A DNA stretch of 64,000 nucleotides from Albugo candida (taxonomy: Eukaryota), in assembly GCA_040437565.1 (NCBI GenBank), contig JBDOQK010000023.1, positions 310,001-374,000 of the forward strand, written 5' to 3'. This document shows, in pieces, positions 51,501 to 64,000 of the stretch. The position numbers were made by a program, and so were the translations under genes. The stretch's first letter is position 1, and each line of letters opens with the position of its first letter. The notes below the pieces were generated by a model. That model did not search any database and was not told the DNA's origin. It saw nothing but the letters and a program-made list of their open reading frames with translations.

Positions 51501-53309
51501 GCTGAAGTACGCTCGATTTTATTCTTGTTTGAGTTTTATAGGTTTTTATACACGAAATCATGCAGCATGAAGACTGAGTCTTTTCATTTTCTGCGATCGT
51601 CGACTGGATAGGCTTGTACCCGCTTATAACCATCAATACGCAGTGATAATCATTCTTGCATCGATGAAAAACAAAAATATCGATTATTCGTGTAATATCA
51701 CAATTAAAATGTGTACGGCAATCCGTGAAAATACTACAGCATACTTATTCAGTTTTGTGTTCTCTGACTTTGGCAATTATCACACACGATCATTGATATC
51801 TCGTATTTTAGCCAGAATGCGCCTGTAGTAAGAGGTCCAAAAAAATACTCTAGGGTTTTATCCGGAAAGCCTACTATTCAAGAATTACAGGGATACTATC
51901 CATTAATAAAGGAAATTAGGCAGCAAATGATTGAAATTTGGTGTTTTGGTATGTTGGGGCATTATTGCGGGTACGACGTGATATTTTGGCGTCAAAATTG
52001 GCATCTGGATCCTGTACCGATCTTCGGCCGTTGTAAGTCCAGCTTGTGTGCACTTGTTTACCGAATCAACCACTTTCAAGATCTGGAATGATAACGATAT
52101 TCTTCAGCACTTATACACGACCCAGCCTTTAGAATTATGATACAGCAAGTTGTATTTCATAAGCAGTAGTCTTGATGTGAGTGAGTCTACACTACTTCTA
52201 GCTGATGGTACGACATCATCAAACACGCTTTAAAGAATGTCTCTGAGATCTATATAGAAATAACCCAAGAGATGTTTAACGTGGTATGTCGAAAAAAGAT
52301 AGGACCGGATCTAGTACCGTTTTAGCGCCAAGCGCTGTACTCAAAACAAGCCTCAGCGATGCGTCAAGCCATATTTCTATTTTGATGTGTACGATAATTG
52401 GAAACACATGGTCCTCTCCATTTATCTACCATTCATAATACCTGAGCGATCAACTACTTTAGGACGCAAAAGTCGGTATCGTCAAATTTACTCGTTCGCA
52501 TTTATGAGAACGTCTGAAGAGTCTGATGAGATTTGCCAAGCATAACTGCGGTTGGTGTCGTATGGACCAGAACGAGAAGGTAAAATACTACACGGTAGTC
52601 TTTTAGATCACTATCCAATAATAATAAAGAAGTTCAATACGTATGCATGATAATAAAAGAAGACGCTGCGATAAAGTCTCTCGGCTAGCATCCGTACTTG
52701 AAATGCGTCGTTTTCATGTAGCTAGCTCGGAAGGCTATCACGTCCTACCCGCGAAATGCCTTACCACTAAGGTGCAACTTTTGTTGATGGCCATGCATCA
52801 CTTAATACGTCTTATTTGCTCGGCTAGATTATAGATGTCGGTAGTTTAAGGTAAGAATTGCTCAATCAATTCAAACACGTAAATTCGATCTTCCATTAAG
52901 TCAATGAACCTGCCCATTCTATATCAGCAATCGTGGCGACAAAGGACGAATCTAAAATGTCATAAAAACATCGCTGTAAGGCCGCATCCAAGAATGTCTG
53001 TGTCAAACAACATCTCACTACGATGTATTAATCTTAAAAATTCGTTTTGATAGGCATCATTCTATGTAGGAACTCAGGGAAAAGCTAAATTGAGTGCTGA
53101 CTGGTAATTTGTTGGCACTATTCGTGCTCTTTTTTTAGTGTTGCGAAGAGAGCTTCAGATCGAGATCACTATCTCAAAATAATCTACATTGCATCACTTA
53201 CTCAACCATATGGCAGCGATCATCTAAAGATGTGATATTCTGCTTGGTCACGCGCTTCCGAATTAAGCTTGTAGCTCACGCGCCATCGCCTGTTATAGAC
53301 CAATGGACA

Positions 53310-53644
53310 GGGGTCCGTACCCAGCTCAGTCGGTTAAGCACTTGAGCGCACGGACCCCCTGCCGGAGGTAGTTAGTTCGATCCCCGGCAGTGTGGGCAGC
53401 GGTTTGAGCCCACCCAAGCAATAAGCTTGGAAAATATCTGCCTCCCTAGGTCTGAAGTCAGACTTAAGTGATATTCANNNNNNNNNNNNNNNNNNNNNNN
53501 NNNNNNNNNNNNNNNNNNNNNNNNNNNNNNNNNNNNNNNNNNNNNNNNNNNNNNNNNNNNNNNNNNNNNNNNNNNNNATGATAGGATAAGGAAGGTAGTT
53601 AAAGAACCAGATAAACAGTGTAATGAAATCCTTGACAAATAAAA
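53310..53644 (+). mobile_element. tRNA-like SINE with 16-bp target-site duplication
   Basis: A-box-like AGCTCAGTCGGTTAAGC, B-box-like GTTCGATCCC and an A-rich end. Flanked by tatagaccaatggaca at 53294-53309 and 53645-53660. Absent from the paralogous block. Confidence 0.85.
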
Positions 53645-54350
53645 TATAGACCAATGGACAGACTATTACGAAAGAAGCATCGGAAAAAATGGACAATGCT
53701 TCACGACTCTTATGTGCCTCTGATTGAGATGAATCGGAGATACATATTTCGCAGATCTGGTTGAGGGTCAAATGCTTGGATTCCGATGGAGTGCAGTCGG
53801 TGCTATTTCTCACTATCTTATGCCTGCATATCTCCACACTAAGCATAACACCTTATGTGCTCTTCTATCTCCACAGGTCAGCAGTAAATGATGATCACTT
53901 CAAAATGATTGATAGTGCAGTCAAGTATCCTAGTGATAATAGGGAGTATGAATGTCTTTCTTGCGAGACCGGTCGCCACCTGTTGTGAATCAACCTTCCA
54001 TTGCTACCAATTGGCAGCCTGTTTTCAGCAGGATCATTTGGATTACAATGGAACTATGTACCGAAGGCTTTTTATGCGATTATGCAACAAAATAGGACAG
54101 CTCCATCGCTATTATGCTCTGGAGTGACTTATTGCATACCTTTCATGACATTGCGGCAGTTTGACGAGTACAGATGGCAGACCATCCACAGCTGCTTGAG
54201 CACATAAGGGATTCCTGGCATTGATTCTGTCAAGTAGTCGACGTAGTACTTGACATTTTCGACACTGTGTAAGTGAATTTCAGTGGATCTTGTTATTTCT
54301 CAAAGTGTATACGACATTTGGGAAATTCGAATCAAACACATCAATCTACC

Positions 54351-56718
54351 ATGAAAATACCAATCGCTCTCTCAGTTGTCTTTAGTCTTGATCACGGACT
54401 CCATCTTGACGCATACAAAGTCCACACACTAGTAGGACATAATTACCAGCAAATCTCTCGCTGTCACAGATGTCTCCAGCGTTTTGCTCTGTACGCCAAC
54501 TTCACGTATGTTTTGACGGAACACAATTCGGAAGGAATCAAAAGCATAATAGGCAGGGGATGATTGCAGGTATCGCTGATCATGTTCCGTTTTCGAACGT
54601 TTAGGATAGCTTCTCAGAGAAAGTATGCTCGGTCCTTTCCAAAATTTGCGCCAATGACAAGTTTATTATCGAAGAGAAAAGAAAAATACTACACAAAAGC
54701 AATGCCGCATCGAGTATGGATATCCGTCTTGGCGCTAATTTGGTTGTAGAAGGAGAGAGATGCAACGATCAAAGTAGCGACGAATCAAACGAGGTATCTG
54801 TTTCTGGGGCTGATCTGATTGGAAAAGGCAGCAATGATAGAAGGGATAGTGTCACGAAAGAATTTCGATCTGCTGGTTATTTGAAGAGAAAAAGAAGTGA
54901 TAATGAATGGAAGGTTGCTCACAGAAAATTCCGACTATTTGGTGTTACCTTTGATGTTACGAGTCACGACGCGTCGAATATAGCAAAGCATATGAGCAGT
55001 AATCCGAATGGAGCAAGAAGCTTTCATCAAGGCTACGATTCGTTGAAGGAAGCTTCACCTGCTGGAACTAATTTGGCCAGCACTGATGGCGGAAACGATG
55101 CATTAAAAAAACCGCAAATTAATGGAGTCACTGTACAAAACCAGAAAAAAATCTCCACAACCCCGTCATATTGCCGACTCCTACCAAAATATTTGCCCGA
55201 TTTTTTGATTCAAGGTTGCCTTCGATGTTTGGATTTGAGTAACATTGATGTGAGATACTCAATCACATAGTCAATGTTGAAGATTTTCCAATGGGCGCTG
55301 CAGTATACTACAGATAAGGCTCCCTATATTATCATAATAAAATGCGGTAACACATGTGGTTGATCAAATGGGGATCCCAGAATGATTGTTTCTTAATATC
55401 TTTGTAACAACAAATGGGAGACAGTTCCTCCGCAGACTTTCAGGTGTGGACCGGGTACCCCTACAAGCCAAATCAACTTACCTCCGATGTAAAGGAAAAG
55501 GAATGGACCAGGTTTCACTATTTAAACATGTCCGTCGAACACCCAAAAGCGAATGCGCAAAACTGTCGAACATATATCCAGCTCTTTGTCAAAACGCTCG
55601 TAGGGGGCATAGACGAAAATGAAGAGGTCTTTTCATGCTTGACCGAACAACACACACACGCCAATATAATTGACTTCAGAGAAAAATGTTTGTCAACCGA
55701 GGGTCCGTGCGAAAAAATTACGCTAAAAAAACAAGTAAGCGAAAGATTGCTTACCCTTCCCTTGGTCTCGTTGCCTTTAAGTGGCCAGCCCGAAGGAGAT
55801 ATTACAGAAAGCACATGGGCAATTCCATATCAGTGCATGTATTTCATGCCAATCGTTAGTGGTTATGCTGTACACGATCAATACATATACCCAATCGGCG
55901 AATCAAAAATACGTTTAACATAGTTTAACATATGGATTCCCATCGTGCTTGAATTGTCTATTAGGAGTCTTTGGGGGTCTAAAAAAAGGTTGATGAAGCT
56001 CTGATGAAATAGTAAAAAAGGTTCAGCCAACTTCACACACGAGAAGTCTCATTTTTTCGACACGCATGTAGATGTGCAAGAATCCGCAATCAAATGTTGG
56101 GATTCTTGCATGTGGGTGTCAGGTCTCTCCGATCCTATGTGTACGTTTTTGGAATCTATGATTGCGATAGAAAGAACGCCAGTGAGAGAGGTCCAAAAAA
56201 TGCGGTCGAAAAGATTGAAGAGTGTGAAGAAAAGGACGCGTATGCCTGGATCAAATCATGGGCATACAGTAGAAATCCCGAAAGGACATTTCTCCTCATC
56301 AAGCCATTCCTTTGTAAATCCTTGGTGAAACCAGATAGAATAGAAGATTCTTTGCAAAACGCCATCGATCATCTCAGTGCTAGGTCATCAAATGACTTGA
56401 TCTGGTTTTTGCAGTTTAAAACGGAGAAACTGCTGATGAAGAAGCATTCAGGAACTCGGCATTTTGCATCGCAGCAGTCAGTAATTCCTACGTTGTGTCA
56501 TCAGCATCATTTCACATTTGACGACTCCATTCAAGTGGACACACGTAATGAACTTGTGTTATTTACATACTCATTTCGGAGTCATTCATTACGAAGCTAT
56601 AGAAATGGGCTTGCTTCCACATCCATTGAATTCCCTAAGCGCAGTGCAATCTGTTGGGTGTAGTGAGAATAATTATCCGGCTAGAACTCTGCTAGAGAAG
56701 CGAAGTAGTAGAATTTGA
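54351..56718 (+). pseudogene. CHxC/CCG effector pseudogene, paralog of 40889-43218
   Basis: MKIPIALSVVFSL..ISRCHRCLQRF, with several stops and frameshifts splitting it into at least 6 ORFs collinear with copy 1. Confidence 0.85.
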
Positions 56719-56799
56719 GCTTTTTTGAAGTAAGACGTGCCTTGACAGTGTGAAAGTGCATTGATTTACTAGTGTGTTGCCGCTTGCTCAAATACTTTT

Positions 56800-57900
56800 A
56801 CCGGTTTTTCGTTACCAACAAATTCCGCCGCAGTTCTACGTAAACCTTCAGAGATGAAGCTGCTTTGATATGGAATGGATGGCTGATAGTGAGGTCTTTC
56901 CCACAGAAATTGCTTCTCGGTAACTGCTACTTTCAACACTCCTCGAACATCGTGCATCGACGATCCTCCTGAAGATGACATGCACTTGCTCCAGATTGAA
57001 ATGTCACCGCAGCTTCGCCACCCTGTGCGCTGGCAACCCCTTCGCCACATGTTTCGCGCTGGCCATACTTCTTCACACGGTAACTTCCTGACAGCTGCTT
57101 GGTTTTTCATCTTGTTACTGGTTATGTGACAGAGTGTCCAATTTACTTCGTCAGCTTCGCATCCAAGCAGTTCTCGTTTCTCACGCAAGACTAAGTTAAC
57201 CTCGGCCTTGTGATCGATAACGATAACGTGGTTTGCTTCTTGCAGATCCGCCTTGTCTAAAGGCTAGGCTAGTGAGTGGGTCTCGTGGCCGTGCGTACAG
57301 CGAAGCTGATGTCTGGTCTTGTACATCGAGCAATATAAAGTAGGCTACCCACCAGTGACTGAAATTTTCTTATGATTAACTCACATTTTCCGCTTCGTCT
57401 GGGGAACAGGTTGAGCTTCGTGATCAGTGTTATCGTCATACAAAATGGGTGTTCTCACGCCATCCGCTTTTTTCGATCCATGTAGATAAAGTACTTCGTC
57501 AATAGTCACAGTCTAATTCATAAAGTACGTCTCCTTGTTCTTTTTACTCCACCGTCATGACCAGAAACTTGTTAACGTCAAACATATCCTTTATTGAAGT
57601 AACTTCACAGCATCGAAGAATGATCCACGTCGCTTTAGCTCGAGGAAGTGATTGCCACTCCTATATACACCGACTACTGCAAGCTCGCCTCCGTGGATTT
57701 TAAAATATACAGGTGCGTTTAATACACACTGGCTAAAGCCAGCATCGAACAGCTTTGCATCTACTAGTTCCCTCGATAATCGGCCCACTTTCTTTATTCG
57801 GTAAATAGACTTCTCAATTCGTAGAGCCAGTTTGTTCGTGCAATGCAAACCAACCTGTATCAGCGTCTTCTCAGAAACGCGCATCCCCTTCGTTGCTTCA
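56800..57900 (-). mobile_element. Copia-type RT/RNase H remnant
   Basis: LRIEKSIYRIKK..GFSQC..PVYFK..VVGVY resembles the copia RT core; degenerate. Confidence 0.6.
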
Positions 57901-58099
57901 TCGCAAGGAAGGTCTCCACGATCCCCTCGTTGCGGTGACGTAAAAACCGACTGATGTCCGTGAAGTGACCGCTTTTTATTCTTGTTTCCAGTCAAAGAAG
58001 AAGCCAGTGTAGAAGGCGATACGCTCATGGTAAGCGTGATGAAGTGCGCAAATATAGAATTCGGTCATGCTATGGTGGTATGTGGATTCCAATGTAAGA

Positions 58100-61050
58100 A
58101 GATACAATAAGGAGAGCGAAATGAATGTGTCATTCTGACCAGCTTATGGATTCAGATACAATCCGTAATGCACCAATATTAGCAAAGGGTTGGACGCGAG
58201 GCGGAATCGGCGCTATCAGGAAAGTATGACAAAGATGCATAAAAACTCCTACAGTTGCGGGAAATTGGGATACATGAGGACGGATTGATGAAACAAGACT
58301 TCCTGCAGCAATAAAGAAACGTCGTTCTAGGGAATACAGTAATGGATACCAGGATGGAGAATACGAGGAAAGCATGGATTGTAGATGGGATCTAGCAGGC
58401 ATGTCGAGGCAGATTTCAACTGGTAAATAGGATCGTCAAAAGTGCAACAAATCCTGTATACCTCTAAAATGGCAAGGAATTGAAAATAGGATGGACAGGA
58501 CTGGCGAACATTATCGCAATAGCCAACTGTTTGATGACCTAAGTACTCTTGAACAATGCTACAACATGCGGATTATGTAAATCCTACTTCTGAAGGTGCG
58601 ATCGTGCTCGATGTATGTTTGGCCAAGAACGTTCTCAATATCGAGACAGACCGTAGAGAACGAAAATCCAGTATTATCGGTATACTGACTTCAATCGAGC
58701 CTATTGACAACTCGGAAAGCAGATGAGAAGTCTATCACACTTCCATCAACAATTTATTCATCTTGAGAACAATAGTATCAACCGGATAGCAAAGCTCCCC
58801 GATACAGGAATAAGACTTGATGAAAATCGGTGACCTACGTGCGATATTGAGCGAAAACACACCAACAGTCTCGACGCGATACGGGCATGAATGCACCAAC
58901 GGGACGAATTGGTGGTGTCATATTTAGACTTATCAGGACCAATCAATCCGCAAGAACGATCGAGAAAATAGTAGTTTGGTCAATTTGCCGACTATAAATT
59001 GAAGGATTGTCACATCATCTTCTTGGCCAAAACCAAGGGTGAATCAGCTAAGAAGTTTTAAGATTTCTTGCTTTACCTTTAAACACGATATTATTGCCGA
59101 ATTTATATTGACGCACTGATGGTGGCGGATAGTACAAGAATGTCCACCATTTTTTCAAGGAATTAAGAGGACGAAGACAGCTCAGCGAGGTCAAAAACCA
59201 AGTCTCAGTCATGAGCCTGGTGCGGTCTATGCTACAAGCGTTATATTTTCGGGAAGTACTGCCGGTTATACTACCTCTATTCTCCATAGAAGCTTGATCA
59301 GAGTGAGAAAGAAGTACCCGAACGAGAAGTGCCTTGTGTACAATGAACCAAAACTCGAGACCTGTGGAAGGCTTTAACTGAAAAATATAAGTATTGTTGA
59401 TGTCGTAGCATTTGGGTCACCTCCTTCGATTCGAATTTGAACTGGAAAAGTAGTTTTTCGATAAACGAAGCGAACGGGGCGCTATTATCGGAAAACGAAA
59501 AGAGCGTACAAAGTGTAATACCAAATTAGAGACGGTCGTTGCTACTCAGTATGTAATAGATCCGGAGTACAGAATGAAAGCGCTTGAGAGTATCAATGCT
59601 GGGAAAATATCAGTCACGGCTGCTACAAAATGGTGCAGATCTAGAAGGATCAAAGGAACAATTCTGCTATAGAAAACAACTAAGGGAAACTATTTAGATG
59701 AATCGTGTCAGTAATGATAAAGCCGAATCTGAAGACTTATAGTCAGCCAGTGCCTAATCAACGCAGGCTGTGGACTCAAACCTATACTCAATGGAGGTAA
59801 ACCATGTGCCGTCTTTCCAAGACCCGATGAGATCAGATCATTGCATAACAAGTGGGTCTTCAATCGACAAACGGACGCAGAATTTAATCTGGAACGGTGC
59901 AGGGCAAATACTGTTGCTTCAGGGACGAACAATCCTTCGCAATATACTGTGACATGAATTTCGCAGCAGTCATAGATTTAGATTCAGAGTAGCAAAGCTC
60001 ATACTGGCTTCAGCAAAGATCTGGAGAACGCCAGCAAGATATGAAGACGTACCTAATATGCACCAACAATAAAAAACCTGGATCTATACTTGCACGTGGC
60101 TCGAAGGATGAAAATATTGACGGAAGAATCGGTTTTTCAAGGAGTGTGAAAGGGGTACTACGACTACAAAGAGTATATATGGGTTCAATTAACAGAAAGG
60201 CGATGCATAAACCTTCTGCATAAACAGCTAAACGATAAGGTACTTCTCAAGAAATCATATTTGTATTACGAGCATCCTTCAAGTGAATTTGCGGCTCTGT
60301 AATCTATGTAGAGGATAAACTGATAAAAGCGAGAAGAGTTGCAAGAATCGAAGCGACATTTGAAAGCCTTTCAAGCCTTTCAATCAACCGTCTCGGACCT
60401 GTCAGCAAGATGTTGCGTGTACGAGTTCACTACAGCTAAACGGATAGATATTCGCTGGATCAAGAACCGTCAATGAGCAAATTAACAACAAACGTGTTTA
60501 GATTAAGCGCAATCAGTTCTTGCGCCTACTGGACATGATTACAGTAATAATTTGACATCAACGTCAGATAAAGTGAAGCTGAATGACACAAAAAGCCGAA
60601 TGCCAATACAATACAGGCTTTTGGCAGATGACATCTGATGGTTTGCGCGATGCATTTCGTCCAGACATAAGCACGCAGCGCAGAAACAAACGAGACGTAT
60701 CTGGGCACCAATTGGGCGTTGGGCATCAGAGGGTGAAGTATATGTAGGATACAGAAGGTATCAAGGCTCATTTGGATGGTGAAGTATGCCGAGGAATCAC
60801 ATGTCAGTCTAGTAGATTTTGAAAGATGCTAACGATGCGGCGGATGACGTAACGAGGAATAGCATGTCCGATACAGCACTCCTTTGTTCGGGTTGCTGGT
60901 TAGCCGTTCATGCAAGAAGCAGCACTCAGTGTCACTGTCGAGTACAAAATCAGACTTTGAAGCAATATCGAAGGAAGCATAGGAATTACCTGGAGCAAGA
61001 GAAGTTTCAGAGAGATAAGAGATATCGTAATGGAAATGATCTTAAGGATG
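58100..61050 (+). mobile_element. Heavily decayed copia-type LTR retrotransposon
   Basis: Degenerate knuckle SYSCGKLGYM (~58250), protease-like AWIVDG (~58375), PSFQDPMRS (~59810) and RT-like VLRLQRVYMG (~60160), in copia order. Confidence 0.5.
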
Positions 61051-62999
61051 GATAACCAGGTGGTCATCAGTCAGTTTCTTAATAAAGCTACTTCAATCAG
61101 GGCGAATAGATCGATGTCGTACTAACCTTCTACACATTTTCGCCGCCAAAGTTTCTCCAGCTAAAAGATTTATGGCATTGACTTTTTTTCCAAGCGGTCA
61201 TCCTCTTCTCCCACCTGCCATCACATTAGAGAGAAATAGAAAGATGTTCAATACGGAATTGATGATTTTCTGGGATCACGAAAAGTATCCATTAATCCGG
61301 AAGATTCTTTGTTTTCGGAATTTGGTTGATTTAAATGACCGCAGTTGGCGCAACATATGTAGCCTCTATCGTTTTGGCATGAACCTCAAAGATCAGACTA
61401 TGTGAACGTCCTGTCTCAGATCCTCGTGGCCAAAAGCGAGATCATATTAAATTAGTGGTATATGATTAATGTTTATTGATATTGTCTTGAAGGTCTTAAG
61501 ATCGATTGTGGATTATCGGGCTGATCTTCAAATCCCCCAAAACGTTTTAGTTCGGTGTTTTATCAGGTCAAAAGATATCAAGATGGCAATGCTAATGCCA
61601 GGTACATATGTTTTTTGTCGTTTTTCTAGGGCCGTCTCGGCTTCTCCACAGGCCATCGCAAATCCGCAAGCTAAATCGACTTCTTCATATTGGTCGTGTG
61701 TCGATAGTGTGCTGAGTCGATGGTCTGATACGTAATAAATTACTTGACAGAGAGTGTAGTTCTCTCTGTAGACGCTTCTTTATATGGTGAATTTTCGTAA
61801 TATCTAATTGTTGATCAGATAAGATCACCAATCACGGTTGAATGCGATCATCAAAATCAGTGAAAGGATAAGCATGATAAATTGTTGAATTATTTCACTT
61901 GGAGGAATTTATAAGGAAAGAAGCCTCTGACTTGGTACGCAAGACGTGAGTTGGGATCCACTTGACAAAATGCTACGGTCTCAGTGAATAGAGACGCAGC
62001 CAGCTTTAGTCTTCATAACAGTTTGAACATCTTGAAAGGAATCAAATCATGATATAACCGTTCAACCTCCGCAAAGTAGCCCACCTATTCCAGACTCGCA
62101 GTCTTGCTGGTGTAACTTCGTGTAAAAAAAAGTGGGCAAGTCGCTTGACGCAAGTGTTACCTCAGTAGTTAGTCTAAGTATGGCTTTGTAATAATAGCAT
62201 TGATTAGTTTGCTGGTATAGTTGTGTTTTTAATAAATCGATCTCACGATAAACTTCAACGCTTATAGAATAAGATTACCCTACTCTTACAGATAAAAAAA
62301 TAGCGTTACATTGCAAATTGCTTGGTGTGCAATACATATATCCCAGGCAAAAGTTTCGGTGAAACGATGAGTAGATTTCGGTTTTTCCAGTCTCAATTGA
62401 ATTATGCTTTTTCGGTTTTCTATTGTGACAGTGCTCTCAACGTCCTGAGCATAGATATACCTTCACAGCTGACTTGACTCTAACTTTCCCTCCAGATAGA
62501 TTCACAATCTACAGATAACATGCGAACTTTTTGCTGCTGTCCTACCGATAACCATCTTTGACTGATTCAATGACATCGTTTTCAATCTTCATCGCCATCT
62601 TCTATTTTTGTTTTGGTGGTAAATAGAGAACAATCGAGAGATTACTTGAACCTTCAATACGTATATTTTCCAGATGCATGATTTCACTTTGTAAGTCATC
62701 CAGGGATTCTGGTGCTGAATAAAGATGGTTTGTTCTCTCACATAGCTGCTTTTGCATAACATCAAGAATCTGGATTGTCTGTGATATCCCTGGCTATAAA
62801 TTACTCATTTCTGACATGTTAAGAGTACCCCAATGCGCAACCGTGAGTTCTTGTACTCTTCTTGTGATCCTTGATCTAGGTTTCCTTCTATAGACAGCTT
62901 ATGGGAGATGAAGATCAAGTGTTGCAGTGGTTATGTCGAATAGATGAAATTGGAATGGAATGAAATCAAGACTTTGAGGTATTCCGAATTTCAGACGCT

Positions 63000-64000
63000 C
63001 AAGACGCCCCGATGAAATGTTGCATAAAAGTGATGGAATGTACTCAATGTGTGGTCAAATGGTTATAAGATGTCACATACCAACAGGAACGGTATCAACG
63101 TGCACAAGGTCCGGACTGTAAACATACTATCTAATAGAGGCGCAAGCAAGTAATCACTTGCGTCTATGTTTAACCACGTGGTGGTGCTTTCAAGTCACGA
63201 TATATAATTCTGTTGATATCTGCTGCTTGCATCCATGCTTAATTTGTGTGGCAACCATGACTCCCTTTGGCTTACAGAACTGGAACCTCACTCGTTTCGG
63301 GTTCTGTACAGTGAATTTGCTGCTTTGCATTACTCCCTAAGAAGAATTGACGTGGTGTGATCGGATATAAGATGGATACATGTCGAAATTGTGTGACCGA
63401 TTCTACGGAAGAATCGATGCAAACATCGACAACCGACTCATATTAAAGCGTGTGGAAGCAATATGGAAAAACCTTGTGGACGGTGTGTGATAACGCTTAT
63501 GCGGTAGCAAGAAACACGATATAGACATGGCACTGATACAAGTGATTTCTACTATTTTCAATCAAGAATGTATGTCTCCCCGATTGCAATTACAAGGAAA
63601 AGGGTCGCATGATTACTTTCAGCACAACGAAAGCATAAACGTTCGCAAAATTGGCTTCTTGGCGGCTCGTTGGAGCAAGAAACCATCATGTATCATTTTA
63701 CCAACAAAAAACTGTTTCTTGGCATGTGCTACATCCGCATAAAACAGGTGTGAAGAGTTTGGTACTCAAGAGTCCTTACTGTCGGATATTGAAGTCGAAT
63801 TATATGCGCGTAAAAAGATAAATAAATCAGAACATGGCGTCTTACAACACCAGACCCACCTATTGCTTTCATGTATGAAGATACTGGGCATACAGTATCG
63901 AAGGCAGCCTGCTATGCATCAAGTTCATCCTTCCTACGAACTAGTTCAATCTATCTAGCAACTCGTGACAACCTTACTCAGGAATACGTAACACTTGAAG
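63000..64000 (+). mobile_element. Possible copia RT/RNase H remnant
   Basis: Weak scattered motifs (YAVAR, DIEVELYA, MYED) among many stops. Confidence 0.3.

Larger units (their letters stand above)
52705..56765 (+). repeat. Diverged segmental duplicate of ~39222-43255
   Basis: Collinear similarity runs from atgtagctagctcgga through to the 3' flank of the effector gene. Confidence 0.9.

Noticed and set aside
49300-52700. Short ORFs between the duplicated blocks
   Set aside because: No recognisable motifs; they may be decayed genes but cannot be supported.
53310-53400. Genuine tRNA gene
   Set aside because: No cloverleaf or anticodon arm; the TSD, tail and second copy indicate a SINE.

Overview
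Eukaryotic, intron-containing scaffold, most likely from the oomycete Albugo (white blister rust). This is inferred from CHxC/CxxC-type effector genes and oomycete-style transposons. The assembly has many 100-N gaps whose flanks are often exact duplicates. Housekeeping genes are ATG7, a UDP-glycosyltransferase, an ORC1-like AAA+ ATPase and a C2CD5-like protein. They sit among decayed LINEs, copia-type LTR remnants, two Mutator-like transposons, tRNA-like SINEs and a duplicated ~4 kb CHxC/CCG effector block. The outstanding feature is a ~4 kb, visibly GC-rich, intronless foreign segment (~44630-48595) inserted into the endonuclease domain of a LINE. It carries remnants of a highly divergent, compact multisubunit (double-psi-beta-barrel) RNA polymerase: a beta'/RPB1-like catalytic ORF, a separate upstream ORF ending in the beta' C-terminal region H, and a beta/RPB2-like ORF. 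It also has an orphan ORF and GC-rich iterated motifs. It looks like an endogenised piece of an unknown DNA virus or virus-like linear plasmid. All homology calls were made by eye from motifs; no searches were run.
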